From Rhynchobatus australiae (lineage: Eukaryota), in the NCBI GenBank assembly GCA_034780895.1, contig JAUZTB010000057.1:25377040-25441039 (forward strand): a stretch of DNA of 64,000 nucleotides, read 5' to 3'. Position numbers and translations under genes: made by a program. Under the pieces are notes generated by a model. The model ran no database searches and had not been told where the DNA came from. It saw only the letters and a list, made by a program, of their open reading frames with translations. Below are positions 12,741-26,059 of the stretch, piece by piece. Numbering within the stretch: position 1 is the stretch's first letter; the number at the start of each line of letters is the position of its first letter.

Positions 12741-14237
12741 GAGCTCTTCAGATTGTTGGATGAATTAGGGTGAGGATGAAGGCTCAACCCTTCCATGCTT
12801 CAGGCAAGGAAACTGAAACCACTGGTACCAAATCAGGGCAAATGGAAAGTATTTACAGAGGCCAACAGTCTGGAGACTTCAGGATTCAAAGCTGCAAGAA
12901 GCTGCAGGGATGGGATGGTTGTGAATGGATTAAGAATTTAAGACGAGTATCCCAATGCCTGATTTCACTGTGCTTAATCTTTTATGGCTAGTAACATATA
13001 AATGTTCTCTTTTACCCTTGATTTGCGTAAATCCAGCCCGTGCTCACTGCATACTGTAAATGCAACTCATAACCAAAACTGAACTTCAAGAAATCAAATC
13101 ACTAAATTGATTTTAGTATTCCTCAAGAGGGAGCTAACAAGTCGAGGACACATCACTCAGTTATTTCTTGATGCTTAATGCTCAGCCCCTTGTGCAAATC
13201 GCAGCAAGAATTTCCAAACTGGAGAAAGCTCAGCCTTACCACAACTAATTCAACAACATATTTTATAAATATCTGCAAACTGAAATGAAAAGGAATTAGG
13301 GGTAACAGTTACGAGACGAGATGAAAATCTTGTCAATCTTTCAGTGAGGATCTCAATTGACTGGCAGTTTTTCAGCTACAGTAACATTGCCTAGAATGGA
13401 GGGATAGGGGTAGGAGAAAGAGATGTATTTTACAAGCTCTGTTTACCTGCAGAGATATCTCTTTCCATATGGGTGCCTATGGATTCACATCCTATCAGTG
13501 TGACATGGAGAAAACACAAGGATATTTAGAAACAAACTACATAATTCATGAATACTCAAAACCAATAACCATTACCTATAAATTCAAAATGAAGTCTTCT
13601 AATTAATGGAAACTTACCCAGGCTTGGGCTGCCAAACAATTCCTGGAATGAACAATAAAATAAGCATTTGTGTTTGCACTGTTGCATTCTTATCTCGTGA
13701 TAGTTCTGCTTACCCCAAATCAGCTTTATTACTTTGCGATTCCTTGACATTCTTTCCCCCCTCCCCACCCCCCCACTCCAAAGAAAGAGGTGGAACTAAA
13801 CTACCGTTAAATGTTGAGCTTCTAAAATGAAGTGCAGTCAGTCAAGTTTAGGTAGGGAAGTAAAGTACTGTATCAAAATGTGGTTAAAATGCTAATTAGT
13901 TTGCCATTGAATTTGTTTCTGCAAAGACCAATAAGCAATTTGTCAATCTGTCTCATTAATTGATGAAATGTAAGAGCTATCACTGAAGGAGAAATATTTA
14001 AAGCCAGCCTTGGCAGCAGACTTATCCAGCTCTACGATCGCCCATGAGGTTTAGAAAGCTTTAGTTCTGGGCTTTAGGCATGATTGCCTGGAATTGGCCC
14101 TGTCTACACGTGGCAGTATACACATAAGAGAAACACCAACTGACTATCAAGTTTTTCAAAGCCAATCTGCTGACCCAGACTCAAATTAGGATGCAGAAAG
14201 CTTGCATTTTTTAAAATTATAGCAGGACAACTTGTGG

Positions 14238-14453
14238 AAAAACAGAAAATGCTGGAAAAACTCAGCAGGTCAGGTGGCACCTGGAAAAAGAAACAGTTAA
14301 CATTTCAGGCCTGGAACCTTTCATCAGATCTGTGAAAGAGAGAAAACAAGTTAGTTTTCGGTAGCAGAGAAGGTAGAGGAAGGGAAATAGGTGGAACAAA
14401 GTGAATATCTCTGATTGGGAGAGACTGCATGAAAATATTGGATTAAAAGTTGC
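14238..14453 (-). mobile_element. Penelope-derived element with hammerhead-like core (runs into gap)
   Basis: Minus strand CTGATGA A AGGTT CCA GGCCT GAAATGTT AAC at ~14296-14327. Confidence 0.65.
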
Positions 14454-14921
14454 NNNNNNNNNNNNNNNNNNNNNNNNNNNNNNNNNNNNNNNNNNNNNNN
14501 NNNNNNNNNNNNNNNNNNNNNNNNNNNNNNNNNNNNNNNNNNNNNNNNNNNNNNNNNNNNNNNNNNNNNNNNNNNNNNNNNNNNNNNNNNNNNNNNNNNN
14601 NNNNNNNNNNNNNNNNNNNNNNNNNNNNNNNNNNNNNNNNNNNNNNNNNNNNNNNNNNNNNNNNNNNNNNNNNNNNNNNNNNNNNNNNNNNNNNNNNNNN
14701 NNNNNNNNNNNNNNNNNNNNNNNNNNNNNNNNNNNNNNNNNNNNNNNNNNNNNNNNNNNNNNNNNNNNNNNNNNNNNNNNNNNNNNNNNNNNNNNNNNNN
14801 NNNNNNNNNNNNNNNNNNNNNNNNNNNNNNNNNNNNNNNNNNNNNNNNNNNNNNNNNNNNNNNNNNNNNNNNNNNNNNNNNNNNNNNNNNNNNNNNNNNN
14901 NNNNNNNNNNNNNNNNNNNNN

Positions 14922-15110
14922 GTCTACCTGCACTGCACTTCCTCTGTAGCTGTGACACTTTACTCTGTACTGTTATTGTTTTTACCTGTACTACCTCATT
15001 GCACTCAATGTAACTGCACTGTGTGATGAATTGACCTCAATGATTGGCATGCATGACCGTTTTCACGGTACCTTGGTACAAGTGACAATAATAAACCGAT
15101 ACCAATACCA
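14922..15110 (+). mobile_element. Dispersed LINE-type 3' tail ending AATAAACC(AATACC)n
   Basis: Same sequence recurs at 51323-51545(-), 55780-55975(+), 61125-61200(+) and 62262-62415(-). Confidence 0.75.
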
Positions 15111-17754
15111 AATTCTGGTTTCTGAGCAGATCAGAAAACAATTATCTGCCCTCTTTACAAAGCACAGCCACTTTTCTGATTTATGTGCCATATCGGTTCC
15201 ACATGTGTACTGTTACACTACCAATCTCCTCCCAAACTAGAGATTGATTTAGGGAGTGAGAATGATATGTTGATTTCAATAAATCTATTCTGCTGTAGTT
15301 CACAAGACTGATAGGAGTTCTGGGCCATGCTGTTTTGTAGGAGGCATCACTGAAGGTCGGATAATCAAAGCCAGCTCAATAGCAGTCTCTATAATCTGCT
15401 CTTCATGTGTCTTTTGGTGAGTAATGTCCGATTCTGCTGATGTTCAATACACATCTGGTGCCACCAGGTTCATATTCTGCATTCAACTTCTGGAATAAAC
15501 TCTTGAGGAAGCCCATTGGTCAATGCCAGAATCTGCAGAATGACAGACACAGCCAAGGTCGGTATAAGTGTAACTTGGCACTGCCTGCTTGTACCAGACT
15601 GACAACTGAACTGATATCAACCACACGAGTAGGCAAACAGGCTATTTTATAAGACTGTATCTTATATTGTGAATCAAAATGAGGATTCTTTGTGCACAGT
15701 AAGATTCCACAGAACCAGTGACATGGAATGAACTGATCAATTCAGCAGGGACATTCTGTTCTTATATCTTTCAGTAATCAGCCAAAGAGAATATAGAGGC
15801 TGCATCATCTTGGCTTTAGTGCCAGCTGAAAGGGAGTCAAGTTGATATACAGTATAAGATTAAAGGACTTTTTAATTATACTTTCACAGACATGGAATCA
15901 CTAACAACACCTGTATTTATTGACAATCCCCAACAGCCCTGTGGTATTATTGTCATATGTACTGAGATACAGTGAAAAGCATGCCATCCAGAGAGACCAT
16001 TCCATACACCTGTGGAGGAAAACAGGTGGTTGGTGTGAACGGCCATGGCACGGATGCTCTAGNNNNNNNNNNNNNNNNNNNNNNNNNNNNNNNNNNNNNN
16101 NNNNNNNNNNNNNNNNNNNNNNNNNNNNNNNNNNNNNNNNNNNNNNNNNNNNNNNNNNNNNNGTCAGCACTGTTAAGTCTGCCTTGCATAAAGTGTCTTG
16201 ATCACCTTCGTCAGTTCTTCCGAAAATTCGTCCTAAGCAGTTTGTCAGGTGTGAAGCAAATCAAAAGGTACCCATTAAAATGTGTCTGCTGTAAAAAATA
16301 CTGAGATATGTACATATAAATAAACCATAAAAAGAAAGAGAATGGGTTTTAGACAACCAGCTCATTCAAATAAAATCAGATATATACAAGTTTACAAGTT
16401 CTTTTTATTATCTACAATCTAGAACTTCAAGGTTTTCACTGAAGTTCTACTCAGCATTGCTTAGTAGGAAACAGCCTGACTTTTCTACTTGTATGTGATT
16501 AATAAAGTCAAAAAAAAAGGCAAAAAAAATCTTAACATCTTAGTGTCAACCATAATTAATTTGCATAAAGTGTTTAATTTACGGGGGTATTTCTTTTTCC
16601 GGTTTGCATAGGGAAAAGTAAATCTTAAATTGGATCAGAAGACAAGTTCTGCACCCTTGGAAATGTTGTGAATTGCCTTAGAAGTTGCAATGATTAAACA
16701 GATGTATGACAGTAATGGTAGAGGAAGTTATTAGGTCAAAAATTATCCACTGACAACACCAGCTCAGAAACCTGAACCCTGAAATACAAACTACAGCCCT
16801 GGGCTCACTGACAAAATCCCTAAACCTGAAACGTTAAGTCGTGCTTTCTCTCTGAGATGCTGACATACTTGCAGTGCATTTCTTGTATCTTGTGTTTATT
16901 ACAGTTGCTAACATTTACAGAGCTTGTTTTTGTCAAATGGCGAGCATGCAACTTCCAGCTGTGAATTAAATTGATTAAAGCCAGAAGAGGTGTGACTGAA
17001 GCTTGGATCGCCTGCTTTCCAGAGCATGAAAATCACTAAATCAATCAGCGCCTTTCGTTAGGAAGGAAGCAACTGGGTTCTCCACTAAGTGCAACCATAA
17101 TTAATATTAAAAATAGAATCTATGAATGCGCATTCCCTCATTAGAGGTGCTTGATGTGATCTACGACCATTTCACAGGTCTTCAAGGCTTCAAATATCAG
17201 TAGCTAAACTACTGATCAGGTAAGTTTCATCCTGCACCACACTTTAGCAAAGGATAATATTTCAAATCACTATTTACTCTTAAAATGTACTTGCCTCTGA
17301 GTTCAACCATCACTCTTCCTGTCACTGCCCCACACTACCATCCAGTTCCCAAATATACAGGATTGCCTGGATCCAGGAAAGCTCATCACATTGTTACCCG
17401 AATAGACACTGAACAAGGCTGCAATTACACTGCAATTACTGATTTGAGATTGATCAATGGGTTATGCTGCAGTCTGACCTCTATGTGACTGTTACAAAGG
17501 TACTCTCAATGGAGCTCTCTGTGAATGCTTCAGAGCACTGCTCTATACACGAGCAAATTATTTTTTTAAGCCTGGAATGACTGGTGTGAGCGCCTCTTGG
17601 TTCCAACATGAAAGGGTTTGTACACAGAATTTTGTAGCTTCACGTTGGATTAGAGGTAGATTGAAGCTGTTGCAATTGGTTAGGAGATGATCTCCGGCTT
17701 TGTCTTGTTTAATACCAAATTCGAGCCTTGTTCTAGAGTTCTACTCAAAACAAA

Positions 17755-18160
17755 AAACTGCATTCAGTGCAAATCTGAAATAAGGACAGAAAGTGCTTTA
17801 GATATTCAGCAAGTCAGATGGCATGTGTGGAAGGACAAATGGGGGTAACCAACAATCTGCTGGAGGAACACCGGGGTCAAGCAGCATCCGTGGGAGGAAA
17901 GAAATTGTCAACATTTTGGGTCAAAACCAGAATCCAGCAAACGATCCTCCAGAAGATCGTTTGCTGCTCCAGATTCCAGCTTCTGCAGTCTCTTGTATCT
18001 CCATTAACCTTTTGGGTTTACAACCTTCTGTCAGCACCTCATGGTTCTAACATCAAAGTTCAACATTAAGTTCTGACGAAAGGTCATCGACCGAGAAAGT
18101 TAACCCTGTTTCTTTCTCCACAGATGCTGTCTGACTTGAGCATCTCCAGTTTTTATTCTG
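17755..18160. mobile_element. Two nested fold-back Penelope-derived elements
   Basis: Outer arms 17755-17845 and 18010-18160 (CTGACGAAAGGTCATCGACC); inner element 17851-18004 from the second subfamily. Confidence 0.6.
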
Positions 18161-20161
18161 ATTGGTGTTTAAGTTATTGCCTGAATGACCTTGTTTTCCA
18201 ATGCGAGGAAAAGCCAAGTCTAAGCGCACACTGACATTCCCGGAGCGGACTTGAAAAAGATTCTTCAGGAACTGGAAAAATGCAAGTGTGACTAATTTTA
18301 GCTGGGATTACTCAAATTCCAAAACAGCTTTGAGGCCAGTTTGAGCTCATATTTCTGAAAGTATTGTTATTGTTAGGTGTAAATTTAGGCTGTAACAAGT
18401 CATGATGCATCCTGGGCAATGTGACAGCACCTCTCAAGTGCTGGCATTTCATGAGGACTCAGAGAAATACTTCTAGGTTGTCCAGAGTATCATAGGTACA
18501 GTGAAATAAAGCTGCAAGTTCCATCTGAAACCCTTATAGAAATGTACAGAATGATTGGTGTGTTTGCCAATTGTAAAGAACCACAGGTTTGGACTAAGTA
18601 CAAGGAAGCATCTCATTCTATGCACATGAAGTTCTCTTATAATCTAAGCTTCCAACAACATTCATAAAAAGCCCCCCAAAAAAACGCTGAAGAACGCTGT
18701 CTTCAATCATCATTGCAGCTCTATAATATAAGTGACTCAAGCACAGAGTTATGACTGAAAAATGATCCCTGATCAGAAATGAAAGGGTGGAACTGCTTTC
18801 AAAGTATGCTCAGGGCAGGAATCATTTAGCAGGCTGGAATCATGTATCATCACCCAAACACATTATTCACAAGAGGTTTGAAAACATGCCCCCTGCTACT
18901 CTACAGCAGAACCAAAATCATGGATAGGAAGAGATCGTCTGAATTAACTCAAGCTGTTATCTGCATAAGGTGCAAGCTCCATGAGCTGTCTCTACTCTGT
19001 AATTTACATAAATGTATAAAACAATACATTTTTCCTAGTTAAAAAGGTTGTGTAAACTGTCACTGGCTTAATGTCAGTTTTCCAAACTTTTGTTTGCACA
19101 CATGGGAAAAATATATCCACAATTTAAACACTTGTAATGTATTCAGTAAGTGAACATCCCATTAAAAAAAAGTTTTCTTAGGGTTTGACTTTAAGATATG
19201 GGATTTAGTTCAACATTAACATTTAGGATTGGTTCATCCAGATACGTAAATAGGGGAATCAAATGGAGAATGTTGGATTCGAGTTCAGGAAACATTGATA
19301 CACTGAGAGTATCAATGCACCCTCACTGAAAATTCCCCTGGAATGTCACAGCAGAGCAAAGGAAGCTTGGATTAAACCACCATATCTATTATACGATTCA
19401 GTATCTTACTTCGTCAGTAAGATAAACATCCTGTACTTATGATTTTACAGCTGTGCACAGGTTCTGGTTCAACTGAGTGCCAGGGTTCCCAAGGACATGG
19501 CTTTCAGGTCTGTGTGCAAGGATAAGCAGATGAGCTCCAGGTCTGCACTCACAGCCGAGCATATCATTTTCAGGCCTGTGTCCTGGGATGAGTGTGCAGC
19601 CACTGGTCATTGTGTTGGTTTGAGCACATGGGCTCCAGGTCTCCATGTGGTGCTGAATACAGAGACTCCAGATCTCCCTGCACATCTAAGTACCCTGATT
19701 CCTGGTATGATTTCATCACTAGGCTCTGCAAGTCCATTAGTTGCACATACTTTACTGTTGTGGCAAGTTCCCTGAATGCATGCAACTCTGAATTTGACCA
19801 TTTCTAATCTGAGAACAGGGGCTCTGAATCTGGTCGATCCAACTATATGTGGAGCCAGGATCTGTAAATATAACTGAATTATAGCTTCAGGCCATCATTT
19901 GGAAAAGCAACAGTTCTTACATCAACTGATCCAAGGACTAAAAAACAGATTTAACCCCACTTGATACTCTGTGAAGTCATACGAGATGCTATTATGGGCA
20001 AACAAGAATATTCATTTCAGAAATAAAACTCAAGAAAGTCATGTACATCGTCTAACAGAACGTGGGGCTTGATGAGAAATATGGAAGAGCTAGCAAAAAC
20101 AGTAAATATAAAGCAATTCATGCCTCCACTAAAATAATTTGTCATAAAGTACAGTCCTCTA

Positions 20162-20167
20162 TTTATT
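20162..20167 (-). terminator. Candidate distal polyadenylation signal AATAAA of TTC28
   Basis: AATAAA on the minus strand with a CA ~20 nt downstream and U-rich sequence; motif evidence only. Confidence 0.25.
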
Positions 20168-21214
20168 TAAACACACAAAAGAATAAGGAGGAGGACTGTG
20201 GATGACAGCAGCATCTGCCAACATGCGGATGAATTACTTTTGATGTCTTTGTTGTTAGGAAAGTAAATAAGGCACCCAGTTTGTGCACAGCATGGTCTTA
20301 CAAACAAGCATGGGTTAAATGTTAGCCGGAACATCAGGATGATTTTCCAAGGATCTTTTACATCCATCTGTCAAAATGGCAGTGCCTTGTCTGGATGAAA
20401 ACTCCAGCAAATCCTCAGAGCAAACACATGTGGTTAAGTTCTGCAGTCACCTTGAATACATAACGTTCCAAGGTAAGAAATGTGCATATCAAGTCGGAAC
20501 TGTTTACAGGGCATTTGAATGGAGCTGAACAACGTGTAGCATCTCACCACGTTCCAGCAATCATGCTTCCAATTTAATGAAAATTGGAGTGACAGCTGGT
20601 AAAGTGATTTGTTTCTCGTTATGTGACCTGTCTTGAAATGTTAATATGGTTACTTATTAACATTTCAAGATAAGTCACATAGGAGAAACAAATTTTCCTT
20701 CCACACTGAAAACCAATAACTGTTTACAATTCTGACACTGAAAGCTGTTTTCCTGCCTACAGTCGGTATTTTACCCCAAGTAGTGAACCTTGGAAAAGCA
20801 CACAGGCTCAGAACAGGAGATGAATACAGGTCTTACAACTATGTCTATTGGTAGAGAGAGAGGAAATGGATTGGCATGTAGAACGTTCTCACTGAATCCA
20901 GTCATTGAACAGAAAACACAAAAGAATCATTTACATTCCTCTTCATTGCACTGAGAGTCCTGGAAGAGCAATGCCCAAAGGATCTTCTATTGCTGATCTC
21001 CTATGAATCAATTTGACCCATAGAAGAGGTAGTTTCAACAACAAATCCGAAACCCCATGATCTGCCTCTGGAAAAGGGAGTTTGAATGATTTATACTGGG
21101 AACTGCTATCAATGCAATATAATACAATAGTACAAAAACACTTCTGAATGGAATTTTGTCCTAAAAAGATATTTCTCATTATTTAAAAATCCAGTAACAA
21201 AGGCAGTTAACGCT

Positions 21215-21860
21215 TAAGATAGCACCTATAATGTAATAAAATGTCCCAAGGCACTTCAGAAATGGCAGGGCATGGAGTTGGCTGTTAGTGGCAGGAAGAG
21301 AAATAGATACGTCGGAGATGCACGTTAGTTTTGGAAGGTGATCGAATGCATGATTAAAGAGGTAGATTTTCAGGAGTCACGTGAAGATGCAGCAAAGGAG
21401 AATGATTTTATGTGAAGAATAGGCATGTAACTGTAGGGCTCTGCCACCAATGGTGAAGGAAAAAGGGACACACTGTCAGAAGAAGTGTGATACCTGAGGC
21501 CTAGGACTGCAGAGATGGGGAGGACCATCCTGGGATTTTGAAACTGGGCACCGTGTGGGCAGTGGATGCCACAGAGAATTGGAGGTGGGGCTGGTGGTAA
21601 TGGACATCTGAGATTTTGTACCAGACAAGATTTAGGTGCTAGAATTTCAGATGATTGAGTCAGGTAGAAATCAGGAGGCTGATGAACATTTTAGAGAAGT
21701 TAACTCTGGAGATATGGACACGAGTTTCAGAGATGAAAGCGAGTTCATGATAGAGCCAAACATTGTCATGGAGATGTAATGTTGCAATATAAGTGACTGA
21801 CATCATGCGGTCTTTAAAACTCAGCTCAGGGTCAGAAGGACATTGGTGATGCTCACTGAG
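21215..21860 (-). mobile_element. Old L2-like LINE fragment
   Basis: AGCACCTATAATGTAATAAAATGTCCCAAGGCACTTC tail and decayed purine-rich body. Confidence 0.4.
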
Positions 21861-23280
21861 GTTGTGCACATAAAGCTTACATAGAATATAAATAACAAGT
21901 GTGTCAACTAGAAATTTTACAAAAGAAATTTTAAAAAGAGGGGAACAAAGAAAATATCATTAACATTGCAAACCACTGAAACGACAACTCACTGAAGAAG
22001 CATCAAGTGTAGTGGATTGGTGTTGGAATGATGAGATAAGCTGACAAAAATACTGCATTGCCGCCCTCTGGTGTACAGTACACAAGATACAGCTGCATGG
22101 AAAGGCTCTGGTAATACTACTGAACACACAATAAAACAGTAAACTGCCACAACATGGAATAAGCACAGCAGTAACTCTCTGGTTGCCACACCCATCAGTT
22201 TTTTTTCATTACTTACTTCAGAATTCATATAATGACATGTTCTTTCCCTAGAATTCTATGCAACAACCATAAAGAGCATATTTAACAGACACACTAATAC
22301 TTTTAGGCTTGAAAGTTTTAGGTAACCTTATTCTTTCTTCCCTCCCTGATCTGATTAAATGCAATCTCACACATGTTCTCTAAAATTTCTCATCAATCTG
22401 ATGGAAATTTCTCCAAATGGGAAGTAGTAGTAATCTTCTGAGGCAATCGGCAAATCAGAACAGAGTTTCTAAATTTGCTAATTTGCTTTAAATCCACGTC
22501 GGTGGAAGGACAAAGTATGAAATACCTCAGGGCAAATGGGCCAGATCATCAGTGGGATCCTGAGTTTTGCTTGGATCTTAAAAATAATTCATGGAAATCC
22601 TTCTTCAATAATGCCATCATTTCAGATCACATAAAAATCCATTTATGATTTTAAGTACAGGCTATTCTATTAGAAGACTGGATGGCCCCTTTCTGGTTTA
22701 TATCTCAGCCCAGTGTGGACAACTGACAATCAGCTTGGAATGTCAGTCTGAAATAATGGTCACACTTAGGTAGTCCAAGTCTCAATAACACACGTGAAAC
22801 AAAACAGCCTCAAACAACCCTCTCCCAAGCCAACAATCTGCAGTAAAGAAGGCTTGTATAATGCATTCATATTAACACAATGAAATCTACATGAATGGAT
22901 GAATTATTGAGGGGTGATTAACTTGAAGGTGGAGACTAGAGGGAGGCTGTTATTATTAATACATGAAGAATCCTTCTGCAAATAATCAAATGCAGAGTGA
23001 GGCAATCCAATTTGGGTTGATCCTTTTGCAATGACTTAAAGGCTCACTTGTGCTCCCTGCTGGCCGAGATACAGAGTGGTCGAGCAATTGTGTTTTGAAG
23101 CTTTCAGAGGAAATTCTCTAATCCGGATGGGATTTATAACTGTCCAGCCTTCCTGGTGCAAGATAGCAAAAATCATCAGCACCTCTGAAATGCACCAAAA
23201 ATATTGCATAATATGCACCAATTTTAAAAAGAGATCACTATCAATAAAAAATGTGTGCAACCTAAAACTGCCAAGCCTAG

Positions 23281-23286
23281 TTTATT
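23281..23286 (-). terminator. Candidate proximal polyadenylation signal AATAAA of TTC28
   Basis: AATAAA ~320 nt after the stop, followed by CA dinucleotides and a U-rich tract on the minus strand. Confidence 0.4.
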
Positions 23287-23602
23287 TTGTATTTCCAACA
23301 AATACTATGACTGTGGATGACATTCCAATGTGATTTTTGACATTTATAAACCAATATCAACCATTAAATGACTAAGAAACAAGGCAAAATGCCATTCTGG
23401 ATTCAATAAAAATATGACATTTGTACACAGTAGTTTTTTTTTGCTTTTTCTTTCTTTAACAGTATAAAAAATTTAGTACTGTTCACGCAACACAGAAGTT
23501 CAGTTTACAAACGGTGCCTGTGCGACACAATTGGCTTGTACATGCTCGTCCCACAAGGTCACATGGCAATCAAAAAAAATTGGATGGCTGGTTCAGGTTA
23601 TT

Positions 23603-25257
23603 TCAGCACTTTGAGGTGGGAAGAAACTTTCGAGGAGACAAGAATTTATAACCATTCCCAGATGGAAGTCTCAACGGACGCACTTCCCTCTGAACGTTGT
23701 TTGCTGGTTGTATTGTTTCCGCAGGTTTACTGGTCTCTTGGCAACCGCCGCTTCCATTCTGGGGTTTCTTGTCTGTGCAGGGAATCTTGGAAAATTCCTT
23801 AAGTTCAAACTTATCCTCCTTCCCTTCCTTCTTGGCGCGCCTGGCTGGTGAGAGATTCAAATAACTTAGAGCATCAGCTTTGGAACCCGCAAGAGCAGGA
23901 TTGGAGCGCAGAGCTCTAACAGGCCTGGATGAAGATTGGGTAGCACTAGTCCAGAAAGTTTTGAGGTTATGGACAGCCTTAACCTTTTCGTCGATGGCGG
24001 TCATTTTCAATCTGCTCAGGTCTGGGATGTCAGCCGGGCTTGAGCGTGCTGAGCCCGCTGATGAGTAAGAGAGGGCAGGAGAAGGGTTACTCCCAGCTGG
24101 AGACTGCTGGCCTGAACTTGGTGATCTGGAAATGTGGGCACTGTATGGGGAGCTGGGATATTTGATCTTGATCGGAGATTGATCAGTTGAGGAACCGGGT
24201 GACTGACGTAAATCCACAACAGGCGAAGACGGCGCCGTGGTTTGTCTACTATCACTCCCTTTAGAGTAGCAGTCTCCTGCTGACAGACCTACCTCAGTGA
24301 TATCACTGGTAGGTGTGTTGTTTCCTGAGTTCACTTTCTGCAGTGATGAGCTCCGTGTTGGAGGCTTTGGTTTTGTGGTAACTGGAGAAGACTGCTTTTT
24401 TTGCCCAATGCTATTCAGTGGTTTGCTGAATGCACTTGTATCTGAAGATTTAAAGACAGAAGTGCCATGATGCCCGGTTACACCACTGTCGACATCAGCA
24501 GAGCCCAGCGGGTTGGCTGGCCCACTACTTTGATAAAGTCGCTCAACAGCGAGCAAGTGGCTTTGAGTTTCTTCCAAGATTTTCTGCGCCAGCTCCTGAG
24601 GATTAAGTTTGGTCACCTTCTCCTCTTGGGACTTCACCGTGCTATCTGTCTCAGTGCTGGATTGATCGGATTCTCCAGTATCTGAACTTGGAAGTTTACT
24701 TCTAGATTCCACTTTCTGAAATGGTGAGTTTGGACTTGGAATGAGGGTCATTTTTGCTGGAGAGCTGGAAGCACTTGCATTACCTTTGAGTGTGTGCCTA
24801 TCTCCAAGATTATGGCTGTGTTCTGTAGTCCTCTCTTTGTCTGGTGAGGCAGATACCTTAAGAGTATCAGCGTAAACACTCAATGGCTCACTGCTAATAA
24901 TAGAGAATCCATCATACTCTTCCTCATCTCTGCTTGTGTTGCTTGTCTGTGGAGAAGATCTACTTGGTAACATTGTGGCCTTGTGAGGGTAAACATTCTT
25001 AGGCCTCTCATAGTCCTGTCGCGCCCTTTGAAACATTCCTTCACCTGTGATGTCTGTTTTGGAAGCAAAGCTCATGGAGGAGGCAATGGAACTGAGGCTG
25101 TACACAGAGATGGCATCTGAAGCCATTGAATCTCCATATGTGGGAGAAAATGGAGGATTCATCTGTCCTGTTGGATTAGAAACCGATTGAGAAGAAGAGA
25201 GAGATTCCAACGATGAAGAGCTGTCAAGACTGAGTCTTTTAGGCAGTTCTGTGGAAT
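23603..25257 (-). CDS. TTC28: TTC28 last coding exon, Ser/Pro-rich low-complexity C-terminus ending ...GNGYKFLSPRKFLPTSKC*
   Basis: Acceptor CTAG|AT completing Asp (DSTELPKRLSLDSSSSLES...); contains the 535-aa ORF; TGA at 23605-23603. Confidence 0.95.
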
Positions 25258-26059
25258 CTAGAATAGAGTAACAGAATCTAGGTTATTCATAACTTTATCA
25301 ATAAAAACATTTGTGAGCGTCTATGCTCCTTCAACACTCTCGTCCTGTGCAATCCCCTATTTGCCCTACCTTTGGGAGTGTATCTCCAGCCATTAAGGAA
25401 GGATGTCTCCTATCTCTCTCTCCCCTCCTTCAAGACATTCTTTAGAGTTTAGACCACTGACAGAGTGTTTGTTGCTCCACCAAACATGGGTTCATAATCC
25501 ATTGTTTTCCCTACATCCCTGTGATGAGCCTTGGATATTTTTCTACTTTAAAGGTGGTATATGAATGGAATGCTGTTTGGTCAGGGTGAGCAGCCTCATC
25601 TTGTGACACTGACCAGTGGCAACAGCTTCCAAGGACAAAGCAGTTGTACAAAGTTACTGCCAGTAATTATTCTGGGAATGACTGCTAATTATTCTAATGC
25701 TCTGACATGGCAAATGGGGATCTATACTTTCATCTGGAAACCAGCAATCTCCAGAACTGATTTTATTGGAAGCATAAAATTTGGAACCAAAATGTAATCT
25801 GACAGCACATTGTAAGCCTTTTGCTTAGTTCAAATGGAGAAGTATTTCACAATTCATATGGCAAATCACATTCTGGAGGAGAGGAAGTTCCCCTGAAATG
25901 AATTATTTATTTGACTCGTCAAGAAAGGCCACTTAAACTTTGTCCCATATTGAAAACTCAGTCTCAAAAGGACCACCGGATCTCAGAAGATGGTAGATAG
26001 ATAGAATTGGTAAGTCGGCAGATACGCAAAACATTCCTTCTTTGACTGAGACATGGAAT

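Noticed and set aside
1-19400. Expected neighbour gene PITPNB or a promoter CpG island
   Set aside because: No matching exons or CpG-rich segment seen in this window
23536-24685. Plus-strand ORFs overlapping the last TTC28 exon
   Set aside because: Antisense shadows of the real CDS; no support for an antisense coding gene
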